A stretch of DNA of 64,000 bases from an archaeon. Lineage in GTDB: Archaea; Nanobdellota; Nanobdellia; Pacearchaeales; GW2011-AR1. The DNA lies in assembly GCA_038121585.1 (NCBI GenBank), contig JAYONY010000003.1:25866-89865 (forward strand), read 5' to 3'. Numbering within the stretch: position 1 is the first letter of the stretch; the number at the start of each line of letters is the position of its first letter. Below the pieces are notes generated by a model. That model was not told the origin of the DNA, did not search any database, and saw only the letters and a list, made by a program, of their open reading frames with translations. Both the position numbers and the translations under genes were made by a program. Shown piece after piece: positions 9,875-21,323 of this stretch.

Positions 9875-10816
9875 ATGGCAACAAAAACACCTGAAGAGAA
9901 AGAACTCGCTAAAGCAGAGAAAGACTTAGCTAAGGCAGTCGATGATGTAGAAGAAGCTGAAGAAGACCTTAAAGAAATTAAAAAAGACTTAGAGAAAGAC
10001 ACTACTAAGACTAAAGCAGCGACTAAAAAGAAGACTACCACTAAGAAAACAACAAAGAAAAGTTCTGAATCAAAAGAAGAAGCACCTTCTAAAGAAGACA
10101 AATTAGCAGCACTTAAAGCTAAAGCAGCAGCACTCGCTGGTAAAGTAGACGATGCTGAAGAAATTGAATCTAAGAAACTTAAGGAAAGTGTTAAAGGAGA
10201 AAAAATTGAGGAAGGAGATACACTCGTACCAATTGAAGACTATCTTAAAGCAAGCATTCATTTAGGAACACGAGTTATTACACCACACATGCGACAGTTC
10301 GTATACCGACGACGAGCTGACGGACTCGCAGTTTTTAACACTGCAATGTTTGATGATAAGATTAAGGAAGGAGCAAAGTACTTATCACAATTTGCACCAG
10401 AACAGATTATTGTTGCATGTAAGCGAGAAGCTGGTTGGAAAGCAGTGAAGAAATTCGCAAACACATTCGGGATTAAAACCTACACTAAGAAATATCCTGC
10501 AGGTGCAATCACTAACCCTAACCTTGACGTGTTCGTTGAACCAGACTGTATCATGATCACTGACCCGTGGATTGACAAGAACATACTCAAAGATGCGAAC
10601 CGTGTAAAAATCAAAGTAGCAAGTATTTGTGATACAAACAACTATACATTCGGTATTGACCAGATAATTCCAGGAAACAATAAAAGTTACAAAAGTATCG
10701 GTATGATTTATTACCTCTTAACAAAGCTTTATGCTGAATACCGCAATATTGAAATTGAGGAACCAAAGATTGAAGATTATGTCGAAGGCTGGGCAACACT
10801 CCAACCACCGAAGTAA
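9875..10816 (+). CDS. rps2: 30S ribosomal protein uS2 with a ~110-aa K/E/T-rich N-terminal extension
   Basis: The core has IHLGTRV...RQFVY. The low-complexity N-terminal tail begins at MATKTPEEKE. Follows eno. Confidence 0.8.
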   Translation: MATKTPEEKELAKAEKDLAKAVDDVEEAEEDLKEIKKDLEKDTTKTKAATKKKTTTKKTTKKSSESKEEAPSKEDKLAALKAKAAALAGKVDDAEEIESKKLKESVKGEKIEEGDTLVPIEDYLKASIHLGTRVITPHMRQFVYRRRADGLAVFNTAMFDDKIKEGAKYLSQFAPEQIIVACKREAGWKAVKKFANTFGIKTYTKKYPAGAITNPNLDVFVEPDCIMITDPWIDKNILKDANRVKIKVASICDTNNYTFGIDQIIPGNNKSYKSIGMIYYLLTKLYAEYRNIEIEEPKIEDYVEGWATLQPPK

Positions 10817-11277
10817 TTCTATCGAAGATATTTCAATTCATAAAGGCCTCGTTTCTTTTTTAATAACCCGCCATTACATCAACTGAATAGCTAGAAAATT
10901 GAAATTGCTAGACTAAAGATTCATTTGTCGAGGAAAGCTTTATATACTCTCAATAATGCGAACACAGTATCACGATGGTAACTTTTATGAGTACCTTAAT
11001 GCTAGACAACGGTAATCGTGCCGTTTAAGTTAGGGTATGATGTATGCGAGCGAACGAGTTGTAATGGCTCAAAGATCATGTTGATTTTTGAGCATGAGTA
11101 CAAAACTCTTTCCAATAATATTCTTTTAATTCAGTCAGGAAAAAACTCTGGAGGAGAGTGAGAAAAACATTTCTCTTCATGATAATCTGCATCATTTTAT
11201 TCACAACAAAAATGATGCCAAACAGAGATTCTTTCGAATCTCTAATTGAAAATTTCATCGAGAAAAAATTTTCAACA

Positions 11278-12725
11278 AATCCAGTTGATCCTGCTGGAGA
11301 TTGCGGCTATTTGGTTTGCAATTAGGCATGCAAGTTTTTTTGTTTTCTTCGGAGAGTGAAAAGCGAACTGCTCAGTAACACGTAGTTAATCTACCCTTAC
11401 GCCTGCGATACCCACGGGAAACTGTGGTTAATAGCGGATAGATGATAGATACTGGAATGTTCTTTCATTCAAAGTTTGCGTAAGGATGAGACTGCGGTGG
11501 ATTAGGTTGTTGGCGGGGTAATGGCCCACCAAGCCGATGATCCATAAGGGCTTTTAGCGAAGGAGCCCTGAGAGGGAATCTGAGACACTATTCCCAGCCC
11601 TACGGGGTGCAGCAGCTAGGAAACTTCTACAATGCACGAAAGTGTGATAGAGCAAGCCAAAGTGATCTCCTCTATTTGGAGATCTTTTGTGGGATGTAAA
11701 AAGTCCCACGAATAAGGACCGGGCAAGACTGGTGCCAGCCGCCGCGGTAATACCAGCGGTCCAAGTCGCAATCACTTTTATTGGGTCTAAAACATCCGTA
11801 GCTTGTGTGGTCAGTCTCTTGTGAAATCCTATGTCTCAAGCATAGAACTGCGAGAGATACTGCCATGCTAGAGACCGGGAGGGGTAAGGAGTACGATTAG
11901 AGTAGCGGTTAAATGCGTTGATCCTTTTCGGACTATCAATAGCGAAGGCACCTTACCAGAACGGATCTGACAGTCAGGGATGAAGGCTAGGGGCGCAAAA
12001 CGGATTAGATACCCGTGTAGTCCTAGCAGTAAACACTGCACACTAAACATCGGGGCCTCTTCGAGAGGTTTCGGTGCTGTAGGGAAGCCGTAGAGTGTGC
12101 TACCTGGGAAGTATAGTCGCAAGGCCGAAACTTAAAGGAATAGGCGGGGGAGTACTACAACGAGTGACGCGTGCGGTTTAATTAGATTCCACACCGTGAA
12201 CCTCACCAGGACCGACAGCAGAATGAAGGTCAGTCTAAAGGGCTTACCTGACACGCTGAGAGGAGATGCATGGCCGACGTCAGCCTGTGTTGTGAGATGA
12301 CCTGTTAAATCAGGTAACAGGCGAGACCCGCGTGTATATTTACTATGTGTACAATATACAGACTGCCTTGGTAACAAGGAGGAAGGTGCGGGCTACGTTA
12401 GGTGAGTACGTCCCGAATGCCCTGGGCTACACGCGCGCGGCAATGCTACATTCAAAGGGCTGCGACACCGAAAGGTGAAGCTAATCTCATAATCTGTAGC
12501 TTAGTTCAGATTGAGGGTTGCAACTCACCCTCATGACGCTGGAATTCGTAGTAATCGGGTGTTATCAGCGCCCGGTGAATATGTCAATGCTCCTTGCACT
12601 CACCGCCCGTCAAACCAACCGAGTTTTGCATTGGTGAGGTTCGTCAGAAACGAGCCTTTGTAAGACAAGGTAGGTTAAGTCGTCACAAGGTATCCGTAGG
12701 GGAACCTGCGGATGGATCACCTCCT
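11278..12725 (+). rRNA. rrs: 16S rRNA (small-subunit rRNA)
   Basis: 5' end is AATCCAGTTGATCCTGCTGG, the 515 region is GTGCCAGCCGCCGCGGTAATACC, and the 3' end is GGATCACCTCCT. About 1.45 kb. Confidence 0.9.
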
Positions 12726-12889
12726 AATATATACCAACATGACTGAACGAGAATACGACGGAACTTACAGTAATGAATTCGTTCGCATACAGTTACCATC
12801 TTTGATATTCACCAGTACATTTCGGTGTTACTGTCTTAGAACTTCATGACCGAAGTTTTAAAAAGCACTGAGACGCAAAGGTCACTATA

Positions 12890-12960
12890 GGGCCCGTAGT
12901 CTAGTGGTAAAATACCTCGTTTGCACCGAGGAGTCCCGTGTTCGATTCACGGCGGGTCCA
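12890..12960 (+). tRNA. tRNA-Ala (anticodon TGC) in the 16S-23S spacer
   Basis: Cloverleaf GGGCCCG...CGGGTCCA with anticodon loop TTTGCAC. No CCA encoded. Spacer position is typical for archaea. Confidence 0.85.
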
Positions 12961-13304
12961 CTCACTATGAGTTGACTTCTGCGCAATCGGACAATCACCA
13001 ATCATATTCACTCACGTGAAGTTCTGGGAAGAACGCAAACATCCACAAGCTTGGCGAGCGACCCAAAATCGTTTGTCATGCAGAGAAATCAACCTAACGG
13101 TTTACCCCGGTAGGCGACAAGGACGTGCTGTGCTCCGCACAGAACAAAACACGAACTTGCTTGATATTCAATGACGCGCGTAGGCAACCACAAGACACTT
13201 TTGAAACACACAGCAATGTGTGTCTAGAAAGTAAACACTTAGCGACGCGCACTTATGTGCGCTGAGTAGAGTAAAGAATGAACAAAAAGCTTATTTTTTG
13301 ATCT

Positions 13305-16126
<2,822 letters not shown>

Positions 16127-16236
16127 CAGAAAATAAGGTTTAGTTCAGTGGTTGCCTACGCGTGTTTTGATTTCTGAAATATTCTTATTCGACGATTAAA
16201 TTTAAAATAGGGTAATGAATTTGAAAGGAAATTACT

Positions 16237-16599
16237 ATGAAAAAAACAATTCGTTATTCACTAACCGATCTTAGTCAGCAAAAAGAACTTATGCAAACGC
16301 TTGCACGAGTCCGTACCTCCATCATACACGATTTTGGATATGCCTTAAAGACTAGACGGATTGATAGTGCAACTAAAAAAGATGCGTTTGAAGAAATAGG
16401 AATTATTACTCAAAGGGATGAATTCAAAGATGCCCTTGATAGAAAAATAGTCTATGTTACTGAAGAATATGAGCCCCCACTATTTGAGGGAAGTCTAACC
16501 CCTATCTTTCATAAAGGAGCATATACCATTGAAGGTGAGCCAAAAAACCGAAGCCTTCCTAGCTTTATTGAAGAGGAACTTAGGCCCTATCTTTGTTAG
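16237..16599 (+). CDS. hypothetical protein
   Basis: 120-aa ORF downstream of the rRNA operon with no recognisable motif. Confidence 0.3.
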   Translation: MKKTIRYSLTDLSQQKELMQTLARVRTSIIHDFGYALKTRRIDSATKKDAFEEIGIITQRDEFKDALDRKIVYVTEEYEPPLFEGSLTPIFHKGAYTIEGEPKNRSLPSFIEEELRPYLC

Positions 16600-16731
16600 T
16601 TGTTACTTACTATGGAGTGGTATCAATAGTAAGCTTTAAATAGCGCCCATTATTGCCACCATCATGAAGAATAGAATAAACTATAGCACCCATGACAAAC
16701 GTCAAAAAGAAGATTTAGTAGAGGGTACACA

Positions 16732-17097
16732 ATGAAAATAATCGTAAAAGAAAAAGAAAAAAGTTTTGAAGGCAAGATTATAGAAGGAAAAGCAAGTCCT
16801 TTCGGTAATAGCGCGCACATTCCAATAAGCAAAGAACACGTTGGGAAAATCCTTAATGTAATCATACCAGAAAACACTAAGTATTGCTGGTTACTCTCAA
16901 CCAAAGAAATTAATGAATTCTTACAATACGCTAAAAAACACGTTATGCAAAGCGAAGGCAGACTAGCACATCATAAAAAAGCATTATTAACAGAACTAGC
17001 AGAAGACACGTTCAGTATTGAAACATTAGAAAAAGTATTATCGTACTTACCAAGTAATGATTTAACACGTAAAATCAAGAGTAAGTACAATCTATAA
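16732..17097 (+). CDS. hypothetical protein with an AbrB/SpoVT-like N-terminal region
   Basis: GKIIEGKASPFGNSAHIPISKEHVGKILNVII resembles a swapped-hairpin AbrB/MazE fold. Confidence 0.3.
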   Translation: MKIIVKEKEKSFEGKIIEGKASPFGNSAHIPISKEHVGKILNVIIPENTKYCWLLSTKEINEFLQYAKKHVMQSEGRLAHHKKALLTELAEDTFSIETLEKVLSYLPSNDLTRKIKSKYNL

Positions 17098-17174
17098 TAA
17101 TAGAATATTAATACTCTTACTACTTCTCAAAAGCGTATCCTATACTGAACGCACGGCTAGAAACAATTGAAACA

Positions 17175-17471
17175 ATGATTGAAGAAAACGGATTTTCAAA
17201 AGAAACATCCACTTCGGGATCGCTCGAAATCCCCTTATCAGATGGGACCTCAGCAATTACTAGAACTGGAAATCATTTGTACACCAATACAACAAGTGGT
17301 GAAAAAGTATTTCTCCGAACTGAAGACCACGACCCCTACCTCCTCGCGGTATTCCCTACCGCTCAGAAAGTTTATCAAAGCGGAAGTATTCACTTACTAG
17401 ATTCAAAAGCAGATAAAGAACCAGCGATTATGCAAGCAATACGTAATACATTACGACCCTATGCCTATTAA
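17175..17471 (+). CDS. hypothetical protein
   Basis: 98-aa ORF with no motif. Confidence 0.25.
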   Translation: MIEENGFSKETSTSGSLEIPLSDGTSAITRTGNHLYTNTTSGEKVFLRTEDHDPYLLAVFPTAQKVYQSGSIHLLDSKADKEPAIMQAIRNTLRPYAY

Positions 17472-17477
17472 TCATTG

Positions 17478-17909
17478 TTAGGAATCATCAAAAGTTTCCC
17501 CAGCACTCTTGCCAGCATTCTTAAAGAACTTAATAAAGTAAAACACGATATACCCCCCAGAGAGCAGACCAATCAAAATCTGAAAGAGGGTAGTGTATGG
17601 CCCCTCAAAACGATATTTGAAACTAGATATTACACTAGCAATCACAATCATGCCAATAATGAGCCCTAGATACGGCCGTGTTTTAATGAAACCCTTCAAC
17701 CAAACTAAAAACGTGCCAGCAAGCACTCCAATGATAAGGGCGAAAAGAACTGATGTGAACCCAAACGAGTATTGATTAGGCTCTCCAGGGCCTGCCTGTG
17801 AGGCACTAGCAGCACTCAGCATCACGAAAAAAGTAATTGCCACAATAAAGAATACTGCACCAACAAAAATGGCTTCACGATATCGTTCAAACCAACCATC
17901 TCCTTCCAT
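17478..17909 (-). CDS. integral membrane protein (about 4 TM)
   Basis: Four hydrophobic helices with no conserved motif. Confidence 0.45.
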   Translation of the reverse strand: MEGDGWFERYREAIFVGAVFFIVAITFFVMLSAASASQAGPGEPNQYSFGFTSVLFALIIGVLAGTFLVWLKGFIKTRPYLGLIIGMIVIASVISSFKYRFEGPYTTLFQILIGLLSGGYIVFYFIKFFKNAGKSAGETFDDS

Positions 17910-18039
17910 TTTTATTGTGAGCCTACGCGATTTATATAGATTTGTAAAAGACCATATGCAAACACTTAAAAGGGGTTTCTAAGTTGTTTTTGTGTGAGTC
18001 GGTTAGCTAACTGTCGAAATGTAGCTTTTGAATAAGCAG

Positions 18040-18290
18040 TTGTTTGAATGAACGACACATTTTGAGGAAGGTCCGGACATCCCTTACAATGTAAGGAGCG
18101 TGGCGAGGTATGAAAGTACCCTGTCGTGAGGCAGAGCTCTAAGATAGAAACGACACAGCCTCCATTGAGCTATGAACTGTGAAGGAAGTGCAGACATGGA
18201 GGATTTGATGGAACGCCGCTGGGGATACCCTCGGTGCTCTTAGAAACCACCCGGTTTTTATGAGTAAGTATCTTCGCCGATGCAAGAGTC
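18040..18290 (+). ncRNA. rnpB: candidate RNase P RNA (rnpB); boundaries approximate
   Basis: ORF-free stretch. GAGGAAGGTCCGGAC matches the P4 5' strand GGAAAGUCCGG. TAGAAACCACCCGGTTTTTA matches the P4 3' strand ACAGAAnCCGGCUUA. GGTATGAAAGTACC is CR-II-like. Confidence 0.45.
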
Positions 18291-18363
18291 TTTGGCGCTC
18301 GCATAGACGGATGTTAGCACGCACGGTTTGCGAATAAAGGCGCAACGTACGACACAATCTGGC

Positions 18364-18795
18364 CTACGACCGACTCACATTTCTATTCATAAAATCTGTA
18401 ATAAGCCATATTCCATTCGCCATCGATTTGTAGGGTTTTGCTTCAACATTAGGACTGCCGAGAATCATGCGTGACACTTGCGTACCTTCTTTTTCTCGAT
18501 AGAGCGCAAGAACAGGCCTATCAAGCCCTGATGTGAACTTACCAATTTCATACCCTACCCCTAAACTTGGATTTGTTATTTCAGTAACAAGCACATTTGA
18601 TTTGAGCAGATCATCAAGATTTCTGTCATGCACTTCTTCGCTGGTTACACCCACCTCCCCTAGTGCTGAGAGATTTTTGTCACCCACATGTTCTGGACGC
18701 ACGTCACCAAATTGTTTTAGATGATTGATGAATGTGCTGTATGTTTCAACATCATCCCGACCTCCTGTAATAGAACCTGCAAAATAAATTTTCAT
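18364..18795 (-). CDS. DNPH1/Rcl-like 2'-deoxynucleoside 5'-phosphate N-hydrolase (nucleoside 2-deoxyribosyltransferase family)
   Basis: N-terminus MKIYFAGSITGGRDD matches the family motif IYFxGSIRGGR. Length 143 aa. Confidence 0.65.
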   Translation of the reverse strand: MKIYFAGSITGGRDDVETYSTFINHLKQFGDVRPEHVGDKNLSALGEVGVTSEEVHDRNLDDLLKSNVLVTEITNPSLGVGYEIGKFTSGLDRPVLALYREKEGTQVSRMILGSPNVEAKPYKSMANGIWLITDFMNRNVSRS

Positions 18796-18893
18796 TCTAC
18801 TACACTACCCTTTACAATATAAGAATATTATGCTACTGCAAACCCTTTACAGCAACGTTTAAAAGCATCTATCCTGTGAGTAATCCATACTCG

Positions 18894-18965
18894 GGAACGT
18901 AGCTCAGTGGGAGAGCACACGACTGAAGCTCGTGGTGTCGAGGGTTCGATTCCCTCCGTTCCCAT
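18894..18965 (+). tRNA. tRNA-Phe (anticodon GAA)
   Basis: Acceptor GGGAACG/CGTTCCC. Anticodon stem CACGA/TCGTG with loop CTGAAGC. T-arm GAGGGTTCGATTCCCTC. Discriminator A, no CCA. Confidence 0.85.
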
Positions 18966-19060
18966 TGGGATCGAACCCTGGTTCGATTGGTGCAACTTCT
19001 GCAGATTGAAGTTGCAGCTCCCACAGCACATAGTGCTGAGTGGACCATCCGTTCCCATTT
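18956..19060. repeat. direct repeat TCCGTTCCCATT (tRNA-Phe 3' end) at 18956-18967 and 19049-19060 flanking ~80 bp of hairpin-rich sequence
   Basis: 12/12 identity (14/15 with flanks). The intervening segment contains a perfect 9-bp inverted repeat TGCAACTTC...GAAGTTGCA and CAGCAC.ATA.GTGCTG. Confidence 0.5.
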
Positions 19061-19191
19061 CGTCTGCCGACGGATTGAGGTCCGCAAGTCTTGCTGAGGA
19101 ACCTAAAGACTAGAGCAGATCGAAATGAAAGCTTACATATTTAACCACACCTTTAAATTATCAAATACCATTGAGTATTTAGAGGTGCATA

Positions 19192-19587
19192 ATGGCTAAC
19201 AGCTGGATTTTAGGACTTGCAGGAACAGGATTTATTATCTCTGCGTATGCCTACTACGTCAGATATCGTGCAATGCGTTCAGTGCGTTACAAGGCATGGT
19301 GTGATGTAAATGAAAAAATTTCATGCACTGCAGCACTAACAAGCCCTCGTGGATCAATTATTGGAGTAAGTAATTCAATGCTAGGGATGATCCTATACGC
19401 ACTTATTTTTGCTAGTGCAATTAACAATATTATCGATATCGTATTCTATCTTTCACTCATTGCAACACTAGCATCGCTTTACTTAGCACATGTTCTCGTC
19501 AGAGAAATAAAACACTGGTGTATTATTTGTATTAGCACGTACTTCATTAATGCATTACTGTTGACAATTAGCTTTGTAGAGTTGTAA
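19192..19587 (+). CDS. vitamin K epoxide reductase (VKOR) family membrane protein
   Basis: Loop Cys pair WCDVNEKISCTAALTSP and TM CXXC (HWCIIC) match VKOR signatures. Four TM segments. Confidence 0.65.
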   Translation: MANSWILGLAGTGFIISAYAYYVRYRAMRSVRYKAWCDVNEKISCTAALTSPRGSIIGVSNSMLGMILYALIFASAINNIIDIVFYLSLIATLASLYLAHVLVREIKHWCIICISTYFINALLLTISFVEL

Positions 19588-19624
19588 GCGAAGCTTTTAT
19601 ATAACAGAATCTCTAAAAAGACCC

Positions 19625-19921
19625 ATGGTAGAAAAAAAGGTGAAACAATCAGAGACTCGTGCTAAGAAGGCTACTGAGTTTGACCACAATGGTTTTGGAA
19701 TTGTTGGCGTTATTATGGGCATTCTAAGCGTTCTTTCATTATCTATCGGTGGAACCGTAATGGGCGTTGTAGGACTCGTATTTAGTATGCAGCAGAAAAA
19801 GCGTGAAGCAAATTCATGGTCTAAAGCAGGGATTATCCTCAACTGGATCGGCATTATTCTAGGTATTGTTGCAACAACACTCATCATCTCATTTAGTGAG
19901 CAACTAGGAATTACAGGTTAA
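19625..19921 (+). CDS. small membrane protein (2 TM)
   Basis: Two Gly-rich hydrophobic helices. Confidence 0.4.
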   Translation: MVEKKVKQSETRAKKATEFDHNGFGIVGVIMGILSVLSLSIGGTVMGVVGLVFSMQQKKREANSWSKAGIILNWIGIILGIVATTLIISFSEQLGITG

Positions 19922-20478
19922 TGATACGCGTACGAAACAAACACGGAGCTTTTGAAATGTCAATGAGCACAGTTGTCGTAATTGTTATAGCAATGGCATT
20001 CTTAATTCTGGGACTTGTTCTTGTGCGAAATATCTTTACGGGCGCTACAGGAGCTACTGATTTGATTAACGATAATGTCCGTGCACAAATTGAAGAATTA
20101 TTCCTCTCAGATACGACTGCGAGAACAATTATCTTTGCACCTGATAATGAAGCAGACGTTCCACGAGGAGAAACTAAAGCGATGGATATCGCGATACGAA
20201 ATACTGCAACGTTAGAATCAGAAGAGAGCACGTTCTCCTATGAAATTCTCGTTGATAGTGTTGAGCGTGGTTGCCAGTTTACTGACTCAGCCGCTCAAAA
20301 CCTCATTACATTAGGCGAAGATGGAGAATTTCCAATCGCACCTGGACGAGTTGCTGAACGCAAAGTTAATATTCGTGTCCCAGACGACGCACCAACTTGT
20401 AAAGTATCATTTAACTTAATCGTACGAAAGGATGGTCAATCATACGATACAAACCAGTTCTACGTTAATATGCAGTAA
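19921..20478 (+). CDS. possible class III signal peptide (pilin-like) secreted protein
   Basis: Charged leader RVRNKHGA is followed by a hydrophobic stretch FEMSMSTVVVIVIAMAFLILGLVLV. Confidence 0.35.
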   Translation: MIRVRNKHGAFEMSMSTVVVIVIAMAFLILGLVLVRNIFTGATGATDLINDNVRAQIEELFLSDTTARTIIFAPDNEADVPRGETKAMDIAIRNTATLESEESTFSYEILVDSVERGCQFTDSAAQNLITLGEDGEFPIAPGRVAERKVNIRVPDDAPTCKVSFNLIVRKDGQSYDTNQFYVNMQ

Positions 20479-20482
20479 GTAC

Positions 20483-21262
20483 TTAGTACAACCAGTCAAA
20501 GAATCGATTGGATAAAAATCCTGAACGGCTAGCACTTCCTGAAGATGAACCACTAGCTGCATTTCGTAAGGTGTACGCATCAGATGAAACATCTCGAAAA
20601 TCAAGATTGATTTCATTAAACCCTGCAGTACTTGATCGTCCGAAGTTATTATTTGCAACTCCACCCATATCAAAATAACCATAATTCACACTGTTAGATC
20701 CAGCACGATTAAAGGCGTACCCATTACAAATTTCTTCTGTGAAACGAACATCATTACGCTTACCTTTTACATCGTAGTGTACTTTTCGCGTCATACAAGG
20801 TGCTTGACTCTCACTATACACATTGTTTTGTGATACCGTGCCAAACTGACCGAAATCTCGCGTGTTAGAATTACTAAACCCAGCAACGTCATTAACATCT
20901 ACGCGACCAGTTTGTTGTTGAATATTTTGAAAATCACGATTAAAATCACGATTTTCACTGAAATCATTGTTTTGATTGAATGCTTGATTGAAATCGAACT
21001 CTTGTTCTTGCTGTAATCGAACAAAGGGTAATCGAGCCGTTGTTTCAGAGAAAATTGGTTGAATAGCAAATGAACCAGTAGGGCTATAATATGAATTACC
21101 TGATGTTACGTACGGCTGAAAATCATGTTGAAAGCTCGTTGCAGTATCATATCCCCTGCGGTCCTGTATGTAGTTACCATCGAATACTACTTGAGCACTT
21201 GCTGATGCAACTAAAAGAATACTGAGTACTGCAATAAGTGCAAACTTCATGTGTTTCATCAT
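20483..21262 (-). CDS. secreted low-complexity protein rich in N/Q/F/D
   Basis: Signal peptide MKFALIAVLSILLVASASA. Repetitive DF/NQ segments (FDFNQAFNQNNDFSENRDFNRDF). Confidence 0.5.
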   Translation of the reverse strand: MMKHMKFALIAVLSILLVASASAQVVFDGNYIQDRRGYDTATSFQHDFQPYVTSGNSYYSPTGSFAIQPIFSETTARLPFVRLQQEQEFDFNQAFNQNNDFSENRDFNRDFQNIQQQTGRVDVNDVAGFSNSNTRDFGQFGTVSQNNVYSESQAPCMTRKVHYDVKGKRNDVRFTEEICNGYAFNRAGSNSVNYGYFDMGGVANNNFGRSSTAGFNEINLDFRDVSSDAYTLRNAASGSSSGSASRSGFLSNRFFDWLY

Positions 21263-21323
21263 AATTCCACGTCGATGAAACCCTATTTAAACTTTTCTAT
21301 TTTGTTATTACCCTTGAGTTACA

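Noticed and set aside
18869-19113. ORFs of 68-76 aa overlapping tRNA-Phe
   Set aside because: They overlap a canonical tRNA and its repeat region. Not coding.
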